Shown piece after piece: positions 38,193 to 48,947 of a stretch of 64,000 bases of DNA. The translations under genes were made by a program, and so were the position numbers. Below the pieces are notes generated by a model that was not told the DNA's origin, did no database searches, and worked only from the letters and a program-made list of their open reading frames with translations. Each line of letters opens with the position of its first letter. Positions within the stretch are counted from its first letter, which is position 1. Source of the DNA: a bacterium (GTDB lineage: Bacteria > SAR324 > XYD2-FULL-50-16). Where the stretch lies: the NCBI GenBank assembly GCA_032250835.1, contig JAVVEA010000002.1, positions 54,498 to 118,497 on the forward strand. The letters run 5' to 3'.

Positions 38193-38795
38193 CTAAAAAG
38201 GGATATCGTCTTCGATAAAGTCATCGCCACCGCCCGGAGGGCCATAGCCGGGACCGCCGTAATCGGGGCCGCTCTGGGGCGGGCCGCTGGGGCCGGGGGC
38301 GTTATATCCGCCACCGCCACCTTGTTGGGGAGCCCGGCTGCCGCCATAACCGCCACCTTGGGGGGCACCGCCACCGCCATAGCCACCGCCGCCTTGGGGA
38401 GCGCCACCACCGTAGCCGCCGCCTGCTGAAGGACCACCAGCACCAGCACCGGCCTGTGCGCCGCCTGGGGGGTCAAGAAACTGAAACTCGCGGCCCTGGA
38501 TTTCGGTGGTGAACCGGCGGTTGTTGTCTTTGTCGGTCCATTCTTTGGTTTGGAGGCTGCCCTCGACGTATATCTGAGAGCCTTTGCGCAGGTATTGTTC
38601 GATCACATCAGCCGCCTTATTCCAAAAAACCACGCGGTGCCACTCAGTGCGCTCTTGCTTGTTACCTGCCTTATCGTTAAAGCGTTCGCTGGTCGCAATG
38701 TTCAGCGTCACTACCGAGTGCCCACCTGGGGTTACCCGTTTTTCCGGGTCTTGGCCCAGTCTTCCGATCAACAACACTTTATTGAGATTTCCCAT
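38193..38795 (-). CDS. ssb: Single-stranded DNA-binding protein
   Basis: LNKVLLIGRLGQDPE, ERTEWHRVV, Gly-rich linker, C-terminal DDIPF. Confidence 0.97.
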   Translation of the reverse strand: MGNLNKVLLIGRLGQDPEKRVTPGGHSVVTLNIATSERFNDKAGNKQERTEWHRVVFWNKAADVIEQYLRKGSQIYVEGSLQTKEWTDKDNNRRFTTEIQGREFQFLDPPGGAQAGAGAGGPSAGGGYGGGAPQGGGGYGGGGAPQGGGYGGSRAPQQGGGGGYNAPGPSGPPQSGPDYGGPGYGPPGGGDDFIEDDIPF

Positions 38796-38802
38796 GCCAC
38801 TC

Positions 38803-39417
38803 CTAAACTTTTTGTTTCAGCTCCGCCAGAGCTAGCCGGATCAGCTCATCTAGCGGGACCTCTGAACCTATAAATTTTTTCAATACTCTGTCAGCTTCTT
38901 TGTCAGCAAAACCCAGGTTGATCAGGGCCGAACGGGCATCAGACAAATGCCCCACCGCGCCGTTATCGATGCCTATGGTTCGGGTTGGCGCGCTCAACGA
39001 AAGGCCACCCAAATCCTTTAACTTACCCTTCAAATCCAGTAAAATCCGTTGGGCCGTTTTCTTGCCAATCCCAGGCACTTGAGTGAAGGGGCGCTCATCT
39101 TGGTTTTCTACGGTAAAGACCAACTGGTCGGGCTCGAAGAGGTCCAAGATAGCCATGGCCGCCTTGGGCCCTACCCCAGAAACGCCCAAGAGCTTGTCGA
39201 ACAGTTCGCGCTGCAGGGCCGTGGGAAAGCCAAAGAGGCGTAGTGAATCTTCGCGCATCAAGGTAACTACGTAACGCTCCACCTCTTCGCCCCGGCGGGA
39301 TTTTAGCTCAAGCAACTGAGCCGGACCCATCAGCAAGGCATAGCCCACCCCGCCCACGTCGATCAGCGCTTCACTAGCCAAGACCTCAACCAAGCGCCCT
39401 TTGATCCATCCGATCAC
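38803..39417 (-). CDS. ruvA: Holliday junction branch migration protein RuvA
   Basis: IGWIKG, DVGGVGY, LFGF, VSGVGPK, VPGIGKKTAQRI. GTG start at 39417 overlaps the ruvC stop. Confidence 0.95.
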   Translation of the reverse strand: MIGWIKGRLVEVLASEALIDVGGVGYALLMGPAQLLELKSRRGEEVERYVVTLMREDSLRLFGFPTALQRELFDKLLGVSGVGPKAAMAILDLFEPDQLVFTVENQDERPFTQVPGIGKKTAQRILLDLKGKLKDLGGLSLSAPTRTIGIDNGAVGHLSDARSALINLGFADKEADRVLKKFIGSEVPLDELIRLALAELKQKV

Positions 39418-39926
39418 CGCATCCCCCTGAGTTCTGGCCGGTCCATAAACTGGCGGCTGTTGGCATGGCAAATCGCCACCGCCAAGGCATCGGCCTCGTC
39501 TTCGGTGAGCTTTTTGCCCTGTAGATTTAAGATAATCTGCACCATCGACATGACTTGCGTTTTTGATGCTTTGCCCTGACCCACCACCGCCGACTTGACC
39601 TGACTGGCCGAATATTCGGCCACTGGCAAATCCGCCATGGTCAAAGCCACCATGGCGGCCCCTCGGGCCTGACCTAAGGTCAAAGTAGACTGGGCATTGA
39701 CGGACACAAAGACCTGCTCTAAGGCGGCCTCGGCAGGTTGGTGGCTTTGGGCTACATCGCTTAAGCCCTGAAAAAGCATTTTTAGTCTCGCCGGCAGTTC
39801 ACCGGCGCGGTACGCCTCAATCCGCCCGCTAGCAATCCATTTGAGGCGGCTTCCTTCTTGGTCAATCAATCCCCAGCCCGTATAGCGGCTGCCGGGGTCC
39901 ACACCCAAGATGCGCAGGTTACTCAT
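39414..39926 (-). CDS. ruvC: Holliday junction resolvase RuvC
   Basis: ILGVDPGS, LGQARG, DEADALAVAICH. Confidence 0.96.
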   Translation of the reverse strand: MSNLRILGVDPGSRYTGWGLIDQEGSRLKWIASGRIEAYRAGELPARLKMLFQGLSDVAQSHQPAEAALEQVFVSVNAQSTLTLGQARGAAMVALTMADLPVAEYSASQVKSAVVGQGKASKTQVMSMVQIILNLQGKKLTEDEADALAVAICHANSRQFMDRPELRGMR

Positions 39927-40674
39927 CCATCCCAGCCAGGGCTTCGTCGCTAAAATCTACGTTAGAATAAACCACCTGCACGTCGTCATCGTCTTCTAAG
40001 GCCTCTAAGAAGGCCATCACCGCTTCGGCGTCTTCGGGGGTGGTGATTTCCGCTTTGTTTTGGGGCAGGTAATACAATACGGCCCTTGAGACCTCCACGC
40101 CCTTTTCCTCTAAATAACCCTGCACCTTAGCTAGGTCGGTTTGGTCCGTGTGGACCTCATACAACGCTTCGCCTTCGGTGTCTAATTCCTGGGCTCCGGC
40201 TTCGATGATCAGCTCCATCAAAGCATCTTCTTCAATGGACGCCTTGGGAACCTCGATCAGCCCGATCCGGGTGAAGTTAAACATCACGCTACCCGAGCTG
40301 CCCATGTTACCGCCCTTCTTATTGAAGATGGTGCGGACGCTAGAGACCGTACGGTTGCGGTTGTCGGTCAGGCATTCGACGATCACCGCTACTTGATTGG
40401 GGCCAAAGCCTTCGTAAACGATCTCTTCATAGTCGTCGCCCTTGGCACCGCCCGCACCTTTGGCAATGGCCCGCTTGATGTTGTCGTTGGGCATGTTGGC
40501 GGACTTGGCCAGTAAGATTGCGGCACGCAGCCGCGGGTTCGCGTCGGCATCTTCACCGCCGAGCCGGGTGGCTACGGTGATCTCTTTGATGATCTTAGTG
40601 AAAATCTTGCTGCGTTTAGCGTCCTGAGCACCTTTACGGTGTTTGATGGTGCTCCACTTACTATGTCCCGACAT
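39919..40674 (-). CDS. yebC: YebC/PmpR-family protein
   Basis: MSGHSKWSTIKHRKG, TDNRNRT, LEDDDDVQ. Confidence 0.96.
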   Translation of the reverse strand: MSGHSKWSTIKHRKGAQDAKRSKIFTKIIKEITVATRLGGEDADANPRLRAAILLAKSANMPNDNIKRAIAKGAGGAKGDDYEEIVYEGFGPNQVAVIVECLTDNRNRTVSSVRTIFNKKGGNMGSSGSVMFNFTRIGLIEVPKASIEEDALMELIIEAGAQELDTEGEALYEVHTDQTDLAKVQGYLEEKGVEVSRAVLYYLPQNKAEITTPEDAEAVMAFLEALEDDDDVQVVYSNVDFSDEALAGMDE

Positions 40675-40693
40675 GTCGTTTTTTTAAATGGGT

Positions 40694-42037
40694 TTAGCTG
40701 ACGATGCGTCCGACTAGATCGTAGGGATGGGCTTCGGTGATCTCGACCTCGACGAAGGTCCCGGCGGTGGCTTGGCCGTCATTGATCAAGACCACACCGT
40801 CCACTTCGACCCCCTGGCGGGCGTTGCGCCCTTCTAACAGGAGGTCCGTTTCCCTGGAGGTACCTTCTACCAAAACTTTTTGGATCTGGCCAACCTGCTT
40901 TTGGTTTTTGGCAAAGGAGACTTCTTGCTGGGCGAGCATGACCGCTTCGCGCCGCTCTTCGCAGACCTCTTCGGGTACTTTGTCGTCTAGCCGGTTGCTG
41001 AAGATATTGTCTTCGTCTGAATAAGCAAAGACGCCTAGGTGGTCAAACCACCCTTCTTGCACAAACTTTAGCAATTCCTCAAATTGGCGGTCCGTCTCGC
41101 CGGGGAAGCCCACGATCAAGCTGGTGCGGATGGAGACCCCCGGTAGCTTGGTGCGGGCCTGTTCCAGCAGCTTTTCCAGCTTTTCACGGGTGATCTTGCG
41201 GTTCATGGCCTTTAAGACCCGGTCGTTGACGTGCTGAAAAGGCAGGTCCAGATAGGGCACAAAGCGCGGGTCGGCGGCCATTAGGTCCAATAACTCCAGC
41301 GGAAATCGGTTGGGGTAGCAGTAAAACAACCGTACCCAAAAATCCCCTTCCAGCTTGGAGAGTTCACCCACCAGCCCCATCAAATCTTGGTCCCGGTCGA
41401 TTCCGAAGCTGCTGGTGTCCTGACTGATTAAGTTCAATTCTTTGACCCCTTGCCCGATCAACCCTTTACATTCCTGCACCACCCGCTGGATAGCCTTGGA
41501 ATGGAAGCCGCCGCGCAAGGCCGGGATGCTGCAAAAGCTGCACATGTTCGAGCAGCCCTCGGCAATCTTCACCCAGGCATAGTGGGGCAGCGTTGACAAG
41601 ATGCGGGGGGCTTCCAAATTGGCCTCTTCGTAACCTGGTCGCCGGTTAAACCAGCCGCGCCGTTCTTGGTCCGTTAAGTATTGCTCGACAACCGTCAAAA
41701 TCTGGGTGAAGTCGCTGGTGCCCAAGACGGCGTCGGCCTCGGGGAGTTCGTCGAGTAGTTCGTCTTTGTAGCGCTGGCTCATGCAGCCTGCGAGCACCAA
41801 GCACTCACAATGCCCCTTCCCTTCTTGCTTGAACTCCGCCAATTCCAAAAAGCGGTCGAGCCCTTCGTTGACCGCGCTGGTCAAAAAGCCGCAGGTGTTT
41901 AAGACGATCACTCCCGCCCGGGCGGGGTCCGATACGGGCGAAAAGCCGCCGGTTTCCATACAGGCCATCATGATCTCCGAGTCCACCCGGTTTTTGGCGC
42001 AGCCTAAGGTCTCGATATAAACAGATTGGTTGTTCAT
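40694..42037 (-). CDS. rimO: Ribosomal protein S12 methylthiotransferase
   Basis: LGCAKNRVDSE, NTCGF, KIAEGCSNMCSFCSIP, C-terminal TRAM domain. Confidence 0.93.
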   Translation of the reverse strand: MNNQSVYIETLGCAKNRVDSEIMMACMETGGFSPVSDPARAGVIVLNTCGFLTSAVNEGLDRFLELAEFKQEGKGHCECLVLAGCMSQRYKDELLDELPEADAVLGTSDFTQILTVVEQYLTDQERRGWFNRRPGYEEANLEAPRILSTLPHYAWVKIAEGCSNMCSFCSIPALRGGFHSKAIQRVVQECKGLIGQGVKELNLISQDTSSFGIDRDQDLMGLVGELSKLEGDFWVRLFYCYPNRFPLELLDLMAADPRFVPYLDLPFQHVNDRVLKAMNRKITREKLEKLLEQARTKLPGVSIRTSLIVGFPGETDRQFEELLKFVQEGWFDHLGVFAYSDEDNIFSNRLDDKVPEEVCEERREAVMLAQQEVSFAKNQKQVGQIQKVLVEGTSRETDLLLEGRNARQGVEVDGVVLINDGQATAGTFVEVEITEAHPYDLVGRIVS

Positions 42038-42729
42038 CAGCTTTGGTTGAGGGCTAGATAGGCTTGGGCCAGCAAGAGGTCGGCTGGACGGGTCAGCTTG
42101 ATATTGAGGGGGTCACCGGGCACTAGGGCCACCGGCAAGCCTACCTGTTCGAAATATCCTGCCTCGTCGGTCAAGGTCAAGTGTTCTTGGGGCCCAAAGA
42201 AAACCGGTTTGATTTGAGCGGCCAAAAAGGCTTGGGGCGTCTGGGTCAAATAGAGCCCTTCGCGCTCCACCACCTCAGTACGCCCGTCTTTAAGGGCGCG
42301 GCGGGTCGTCTCGGCAATGGGCAGCGCAGGCACTGCGGCGGGCGAGGACTTGAGCGCCGCTAAGAGCCTATTATATAGTTGGCCACTTAAAAAGGGTCGG
42401 GCGGCGTCGTGGGTCATGGCCACCTCAGCCCCAGGGTGTTCAAGCAGGTAGCGCAGCCCATTGCGCACCGAATCGGCCCGTTCGGTCCCGCCTTCAATCC
42501 AGACAGGCTGGACCCTGCCCCAGTCTATGGAGCGGCAAAGCCTTTGGAGTTGTTCCAACTCGCCCTGTCGGTAGATCAACAACAATCGCTCCACCGAGGG
42601 CAAGGCCAAAAGGGCGCGCAAGGTATGGAGCAAAACCGGCTGGCCACCTAAAGAAACAAACAATTTATTGTGGCCCAACTCCATCCGCTGACCCGAACCA
42701 GCGGCGGGAACTAAAAAATCGACGCCCAT
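42037..42729 (-). CDS. ispD: 2-C-methyl-D-erythritol 4-phosphate cytidylyltransferase
   Basis: AAGSGQRM, GGTERADSV, HDAARPF, QTPQAF, TDEA, NIKLT. Confidence 0.93.
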   Translation of the reverse strand: MGVDFLVPAAGSGQRMELGHNKLFVSLGGQPVLLHTLRALLALPSVERLLLIYRQGELEQLQRLCRSIDWGRVQPVWIEGGTERADSVRNGLRYLLEHPGAEVAMTHDAARPFLSGQLYNRLLAALKSSPAAVPALPIAETTRRALKDGRTEVVEREGLYLTQTPQAFLAAQIKPVFFGPQEHLTLTDEAGYFEQVGLPVALVPGDPLNIKLTRPADLLLAQAYLALNQS

Positions 42730-42837
42730 AGATGGATGAAAATGGATTAAATTCGGTTATCTATATATCGCTTGAGGACAAAGGATTTTATGCTAACTCA
42801 GGTGCCCCCTAGAATCAATCTTTTTGGGGCTTTTGTA

Positions 42838-42866
42838 TTGACACACCCAGGGGCCGCTGTTAGTCC
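42838..42866 (+). promoter_or_regulatory. Putative sigma70 promoter of the atp operon
   Basis: TTGACA-17 bp-TAGTCC. Confidence 0.4.
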
Positions 42867-42916
42867 TAAGGTGTTTTTGACATTTTTAACTTTTCTCTTC
42901 TTTCCACTCCAGTCTC

Positions 42917-43378
42917 ATGGAACCAGCAAGTTTCGGCGAAGTCTTTAACTTCGGCGTATTGCATATGGAATGGCCGACGGCGACCTTTATTTTCGTCGTC
43001 TTTGTGATCACGCTGTTCTTGCTCAATAGCCTCCTGTTTCAACCCTTGCTCCGTACTTTAGAAGCACGCGAACAGGTGTTAACCGGCTCCGATGACCGCT
43101 TAGGCGAGATCGAAAAAGAGCTGGGCGAATTGCAAGACCACTATCTAGCCAGCCTGCACAAAAGCCAACTGGAAAACGAAGAGGCCCATCAAGCAGCGCT
43201 CAAAGAGGCTTCGGCCCAAGCGAGCAACCTGATTTCCGCCGCCCGCACCGATTCGACCGCCCGCTTGACCCAAGCTGAGGCAGAGGTCGCCCAGGAAATG
43301 GACGGGGCCTATAAAGAAGCCAAGGACTTGGCCAAGGGTTTGGCCGAGATGATCCAAAACAAGGTATTGGCGAGCTAG
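42917..43378 (+). CDS. ATP synthase F0 subunit b'
   Basis: Single TM, LLFQPLLRTLEARE, coiled coil; first gene of the atp cluster. Confidence 0.85.
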   Translation: MEPASFGEVFNFGVLHMEWPTATFIFVVFVITLFLLNSLLFQPLLRTLEAREQVLTGSDDRLGEIEKELGELQDHYLASLHKSQLENEEAHQAALKEASAQASNLISAARTDSTARLTQAEAEVAQEMDGAYKEAKDLAKGLAEMIQNKVLAS

Positions 43379-43380
43379 TC

Positions 43381-43953
43381 ATGATTTTGCGATTTACCAG
43401 CAGCATCCTTTTTGCGGCCCTTTGGGCCTTGCCCGCATTAGCAGCCGGAGGCGGCCAAGCCGCCGCAGGCAGCCTGTTTAGCGCGGACATGGCCTATAAA
43501 ACGGCCAACTTCCTGATCCTCTTAGCCCTGCTGCATTTGCTGGCTAAGAAGCCCATCGCCAAGATGATGCGTGACGCCGCCGAGGCCAAGCGCGAGCGCT
43601 TCTTAGAACAGAAAAAGGCCGTAGAGGCCGCCGAAGCCGATTTGGTGGCCTTCCGCCAAAAGATCGAAGCCCAAGAGGCCGAACTGGCGAGCCACCGCAA
43701 AGCCGCATTGGCAGCCATCGAGGCTGAAAAGAACCGGATCGTTAAAGAAGCTCAAGACCAAGCCGCCAACATCGAAAAAAACGCCCAGATGCGCATCGAT
43801 CAGGCCCTGATCCGGGCCAAGAGCGATCTTCGCAGCTTCTTAGCGGCAGAGGCTTCGGACTTAGCTGAAAATTCATTAAAGAAGAGCATCGGCGCTAAAG
43901 ATCAAGAAGCGCTGATCAAGTCTTATACTGCTGACTTCCCTGCTAAGAATTAA
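43381..43953 (+). CDS. atpF: ATP synthase F0 subunit b
   Basis: ANFLILLALL...KKPI, coiled coil, immediately before atpH. Confidence 0.88.
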   Translation: MILRFTSSILFAALWALPALAAGGGQAAAGSLFSADMAYKTANFLILLALLHLLAKKPIAKMMRDAAEAKRERFLEQKKAVEAAEADLVAFRQKIEAQEAELASHRKAALAAIEAEKNRIVKEAQDQAANIEKNAQMRIDQALIRAKSDLRSFLAAEASDLAENSLKKSIGAKDQEALIKSYTADFPAKN

Positions 43954-43964
43954 GGAGCCCTCTG

Positions 43965-44507
43965 ATGGAAGGCGTGATTGCCAGACGATATGCAAAGGCC
44001 CTCTTGGGGTTGATTGCCAACAAGGAAGCGATCGAAGAGACCGCTTCGCAACTGCAAGACTTGGCAGGTAACTATCTAGCCAGCAGTGATTTCCGCCAAG
44101 TGGTGAGCAACCCCAAACTGACCCGCGACCAAAAGAGCGCGACCGTCGGGGCCATCGCCAAGGGCTTAGGGATGAGCGAGCCGGTGCAAAAGTTTTCTCG
44201 TTACTTGGTCTCCAAGCAACGCTTTGAGCTGATTGGCCTAGTGGCCAGCCGGTTTGATGAGATGGCCTTAGAAAAGCTGGGCCGGGCTCGCGCCAAGGTC
44301 ACCAGCGCATTTGAGATGAAAGATGCCCAGACGAAAGCACTCACCAAACTGCTTTCCGATTATACCCAAAAAGAGGTGGCCCTAGAAGTCGAGGTTGACC
44401 CCTCGATCCTCGGCGGGGCTGTTACCCAAATCGGCAGCCTGGTGCTCGATGGGAGCGTGAAAAACCGGCTCAACCAGATCCGTGAAACCATTTCCAGGGG
44501 AAACTAA
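43965..44507 (+). CDS. atpH: ATP synthase F1 subunit delta
   Basis: IARRYAKAL, VDPSILGG, DGSVKNRL. Confidence 0.95.
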   Translation: MEGVIARRYAKALLGLIANKEAIEETASQLQDLAGNYLASSDFRQVVSNPKLTRDQKSATVGAIAKGLGMSEPVQKFSRYLVSKQRFELIGLVASRFDEMALEKLGRARAKVTSAFEMKDAQTKALTKLLSDYTQKEVALEVEVDPSILGGAVTQIGSLVLDGSVKNRLNQIRETISRGN

Positions 44508-44510
44508 CCG

Positions 44511-46031
44511 ATGAAGATCAGAGCGGAAGAAATCAGCAAGATTATCCAACAGCAGATTGAAGAGTTCGACTCTAAAGTCGACATCAAGGAAGTGGGCACC
44601 GTTCTTTCCGTCGGTGACGGTATCGCACGGGTATACGGCATGGATCAAGCCATGGCCGGTGAGCTTGTCGACTTCCCTGACGGCACTCGCGGGATGGTCT
44701 TGAACCTGGAAGCGGACAACGTCGGTGTGATCCTGTTCGGTACCGGTGAGTTGATCAAAGAAGGTGATCAGGTGACCCGTACCGGTCGTATCGCTGAAGT
44801 CCCGGTCGGTGAAGAACTGTTGGGCCGTGTGGTAGACCCCTTGGGTGTCCCCTTGGACGGCAAAGGTGCAGTAGACACCAAAGAGCACCGCAAATTAGAA
44901 GTGATCGCTCCGGGCATCGTTAAACGCAAGTCGGTACACGAGCCCATGCTGACCGGCATCAAGGCCATCGACGCCATGGTCCCGATCGGCCGCGGCCAAC
45001 GCGAATTGATCATTGGTGACCGCCAAACGGGTAAGACCGCCATCGGCATCGACACCATCATCAACCAAAAGGGCCAAGACGTTATCTGTATTTACGTCGC
45101 CATCGGCCAAAAGAAATCTACCGTAGCCCAGGTGGCCCAGAAGCTGGCTGAACACGGCGCGATGGATTACACCATCATCGTCGCGGCCACCGCTTCGGAC
45201 CCGGCTCCCCTTCAGTTCATCGCTCCCTTCGCCGGTAGCGCCATGGGCGAAAAGTTCCTGCATGAAGGCAAGCATGTATTGATCATCTATGATGACCTCT
45301 CCAAGCAAGCCGTTGCTTACCGCCAGTTGTCGCTTCTTTTGCGCCGTCCTCCGGGCCGCGAAGCTTATCCTGGCGACGTATTCTACATCCACAGCCGCTT
45401 ACTGGAGCGTGCTTGTAAGCTCAACGAAGCTGCTGGCTTAGGCTCGATCACGGCACTGCCGATCATCGAAACCCAAGCAGGCGACGTTTCAGCCTACATC
45501 CCGACCAACGTGATCTCGATCACCGATGGCCAGATCTTCTTGGAAACTGAGTTATTTAACTCAGGCATCCGCCCCGCCATCAACGTAGGTCTTTCGGTAA
45601 GTCGCGTCGGCGGTGCCGCGCAGACCAAAGCAATGAAGAAGGTGGCTGGTACCTTGAAGCTAGACTTGGCTCAGTACCGCGAGAAAGCGGCCTTCGCTCA
45701 GTTCGGCTCGGACTTAGACGAAGCCACCCAGCGCCAGCTCAACCGCGGTATGCGTTTGGTCGAATCCCTCAAGCAGGGTCAGTTCGCCCCCATGAAAGTG
45801 GAAGATCAGGTTTTGGCCATCTTCGCGGTGACCAACGGATACGCCGACGGCATCCCGACCAACAAAGTCCCCCAATGGGAACAAGGTTTGGGTCAGTTTG
45901 TTAAGGCCAACCATGGCGGATTGCTCGAAAAATTGGCGGCCGAAAAAGCCCTCTCCGACGAAGTACGGGACGGGTTTATCGCAGCGATCAAACAATTCAA
46001 CGAACAATTCGGTCAGTTGCAAGAAGCGTAA
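44511..46031 (+). CDS. atpA: ATP synthase F1 subunit alpha
   Basis: [23 protein letters not shown]. Confidence 0.99.
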   Translation: MKIRAEEISKIIQQQIEEFDSKVDIKEVGTVLSVGDGIARVYGMDQAMAGELVDFPDGTRGMVLNLEADNVGVILFGTGELIKEGDQVTRTGRIAEVPVGEELLGRVVDPLGVPLDGKGAVDTKEHRKLEVIAPGIVKRKSVHEPMLTGIKAIDAMVPIGRGQRELIIGDRQTGKTAIGIDTIINQKGQDVICIYVAIGQKKSTVAQVAQKLAEHGAMDYTIIVAATASDPAPLQFIAPFAGSAMGEKFLHEGKHVLIIYDDLSKQAVAYRQLSLLLRRPPGREAYPGDVFYIHSRLLERACKLNEAAGLGSITALPIIETQAGDVSAYIPTNVISITDGQIFLETELFNSGIRPAINVGLSVSRVGGAAQTKAMKKVAGTLKLDLAQYREKAAFAQFGSDLDEATQRQLNRGMRLVESLKQGQFAPMKVEDQVLAIFAVTNGYADGIPTNKVPQWEQGLGQFVKANHGGLLEKLAAEKALSDEVRDGFIAAIKQFNEQFGQLQEA

Positions 46032-46034
46032 ATC

Positions 46035-46892
46035 ATGGCGACTCTTAAAGACATTAAGAACCGGATCGGCAGCGTAAAGAATACGCAGCAGATCACCAAG
46101 GCCATGAAGATGGTCGCCGCCTCGAAGATGAAGAAGGCGGAAGACCGGATCCGCGCGGCTCGTCCTTATACCGACAAGCTGACGGCTATGGTCTCGAACT
46201 TGGCCCAAGGTCTTGAGCCCGGTGCCCATCCCTTGCTGACCCGGCGTAAAGGCGGAAAAGCAGTGGTGTTATTGGTCACCAGCGACAAAGGCCTTTGTGG
46301 TGCGTTGAATACCAACCTCTGCAAGCGCACGGCCTTCGCCTTTAAAGGGATGCTAGAAGAAGTCAACGAAGTTGAGCTGATCACCTTGGGACGCAAGGGG
46401 GCCAACTTCTTCGGCAAGACCCAACAAGAAATTACGGTCTTCAAAGACCACAAAGAGGCTGAATACGAGGCCTTGGTTGCCGAGCAGATCAAAGGGCTGA
46501 TCCACCGCTATGAAGCAGGCGAGATCAACCGCCTCTATCTGGCTTTTAATCACTTTAAAAACGTGATCAGCCAGGAGATTCGCTTGCAACAAGTATTGCC
46601 CGTTGAAGCGCCCAAAGGCGCAGCAGCAGGCAGCCAGGCCGAGTTCCTATTGGAACCCGACCGCCAAGCGATCTTGGGCGAGATTCTGCCCCAGTATGTA
46701 GAAAACCAAGCCTTTACGGCCCTATTGGACGGCTTTGCTTGTGAGCACGCTTCGCGCATGACCGCCATGGATGCGGCCACCACCAACGCGGGCGAGCTGA
46801 TCAAAAAGCTCAGACTCCAATACAACCGGGCGCGTCAGGCGGCTATCACTACGGAGTTGATTGAAATCATCTCCGGCGCGGAATCGCTCTAA
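46035..46892 (+). CDS. atpG: ATP synthase F1 subunit gamma
   Basis: ITKAMKMVAASK, DKGLCG, NRARQAAITTEL. Confidence 0.98.
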   Translation: MATLKDIKNRIGSVKNTQQITKAMKMVAASKMKKAEDRIRAARPYTDKLTAMVSNLAQGLEPGAHPLLTRRKGGKAVVLLVTSDKGLCGALNTNLCKRTAFAFKGMLEEVNEVELITLGRKGANFFGKTQQEITVFKDHKEAEYEALVAEQIKGLIHRYEAGEINRLYLAFNHFKNVISQEIRLQQVLPVEAPKGAAAGSQAEFLLEPDRQAILGEILPQYVENQAFTALLDGFACEHASRMTAMDAATTNAGELIKKLRLQYNRARQAAITTELIEIISGAESL

Positions 46893-46942
46893 GCTACCGC
46901 AGACTTCTTCGATCATTAGGACTGTTCATCAAGAAAGATTGA

Positions 46943-48346
<1,404 letters not shown>

Positions 48347-48355
48347 GGAGCCCCT

Positions 48356-48772
48356 ATGAGCTTGACCCTCGAAGTCATCACCCCCAAGCGGGTGCTGCTT
48401 AGCGCCGAAGCCGTCGAAGTGACCCTTCCCGGCGAAGTCGGCGAATTGGGCATCTTGGCCGGGCACATCCCCGTCTTGACTGCGCTGAAAAGCGGTGTCT
48501 TGGCCTACGGCCAAGGCAAGGACAAGAAGTTGGTAGCAGTCCACCACGGCTTTGCCGAAGTGCACGAAGACCGGGTGACTGTTTTGGCCAAAGACGCAGA
48601 CCTAGCCGAAGAGATCGACCTAGCGACCACTCAGGCTCAATTGGCGCAGTTAAACGAACAGCTTAAGACCGTAGAAAAAAACAGCACCGAAGAAGCAGCT
48701 CTAACCAAGGAGTTGACCTTGGCCCAGACCCGCTTGTTGGTTGCCGAAGGATCTAAGGGCCAGCACCACTAA
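48356..48772 (+). CDS. atpC: ATP synthase F1 subunit epsilon
   Basis: LEVITP, GELGILAGH, GFAEV. Confidence 0.95.
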   Translation: MSLTLEVITPKRVLLSAEAVEVTLPGEVGELGILAGHIPVLTALKSGVLAYGQGKDKKLVAVHHGFAEVHEDRVTVLAKDADLAEEIDLATTQAQLAQLNEQLKTVEKNSTEEAALTKELTLAQTRLLVAEGSKGQHH

Positions 48773-48791
48773 ATACTTGCCTGCTGTTCAG

Positions 48792-48824
48792 AAAAAAAAA
48801 CCCGGTTTTGCCGGGCTTTTTTTT
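48792..48824 (+). terminator. Intrinsic terminator of the atp operon
   Basis: A-run, CCCGG-TTTTG-CCGGG stem-loop, then a T8 tract. Confidence 0.8.
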
Positions 48825-48947
48825 GCCCTCAACCTCGCTCCAGGACGCTTTCGAGTAATCCCTGGAGACTTGGTTTACTTCCCCTTTTTGCATGACCGCC
48901 TAGAAAGGATAGTAGACCCGCTAGCCCTTTCGGCCTATTCTTAGGCT

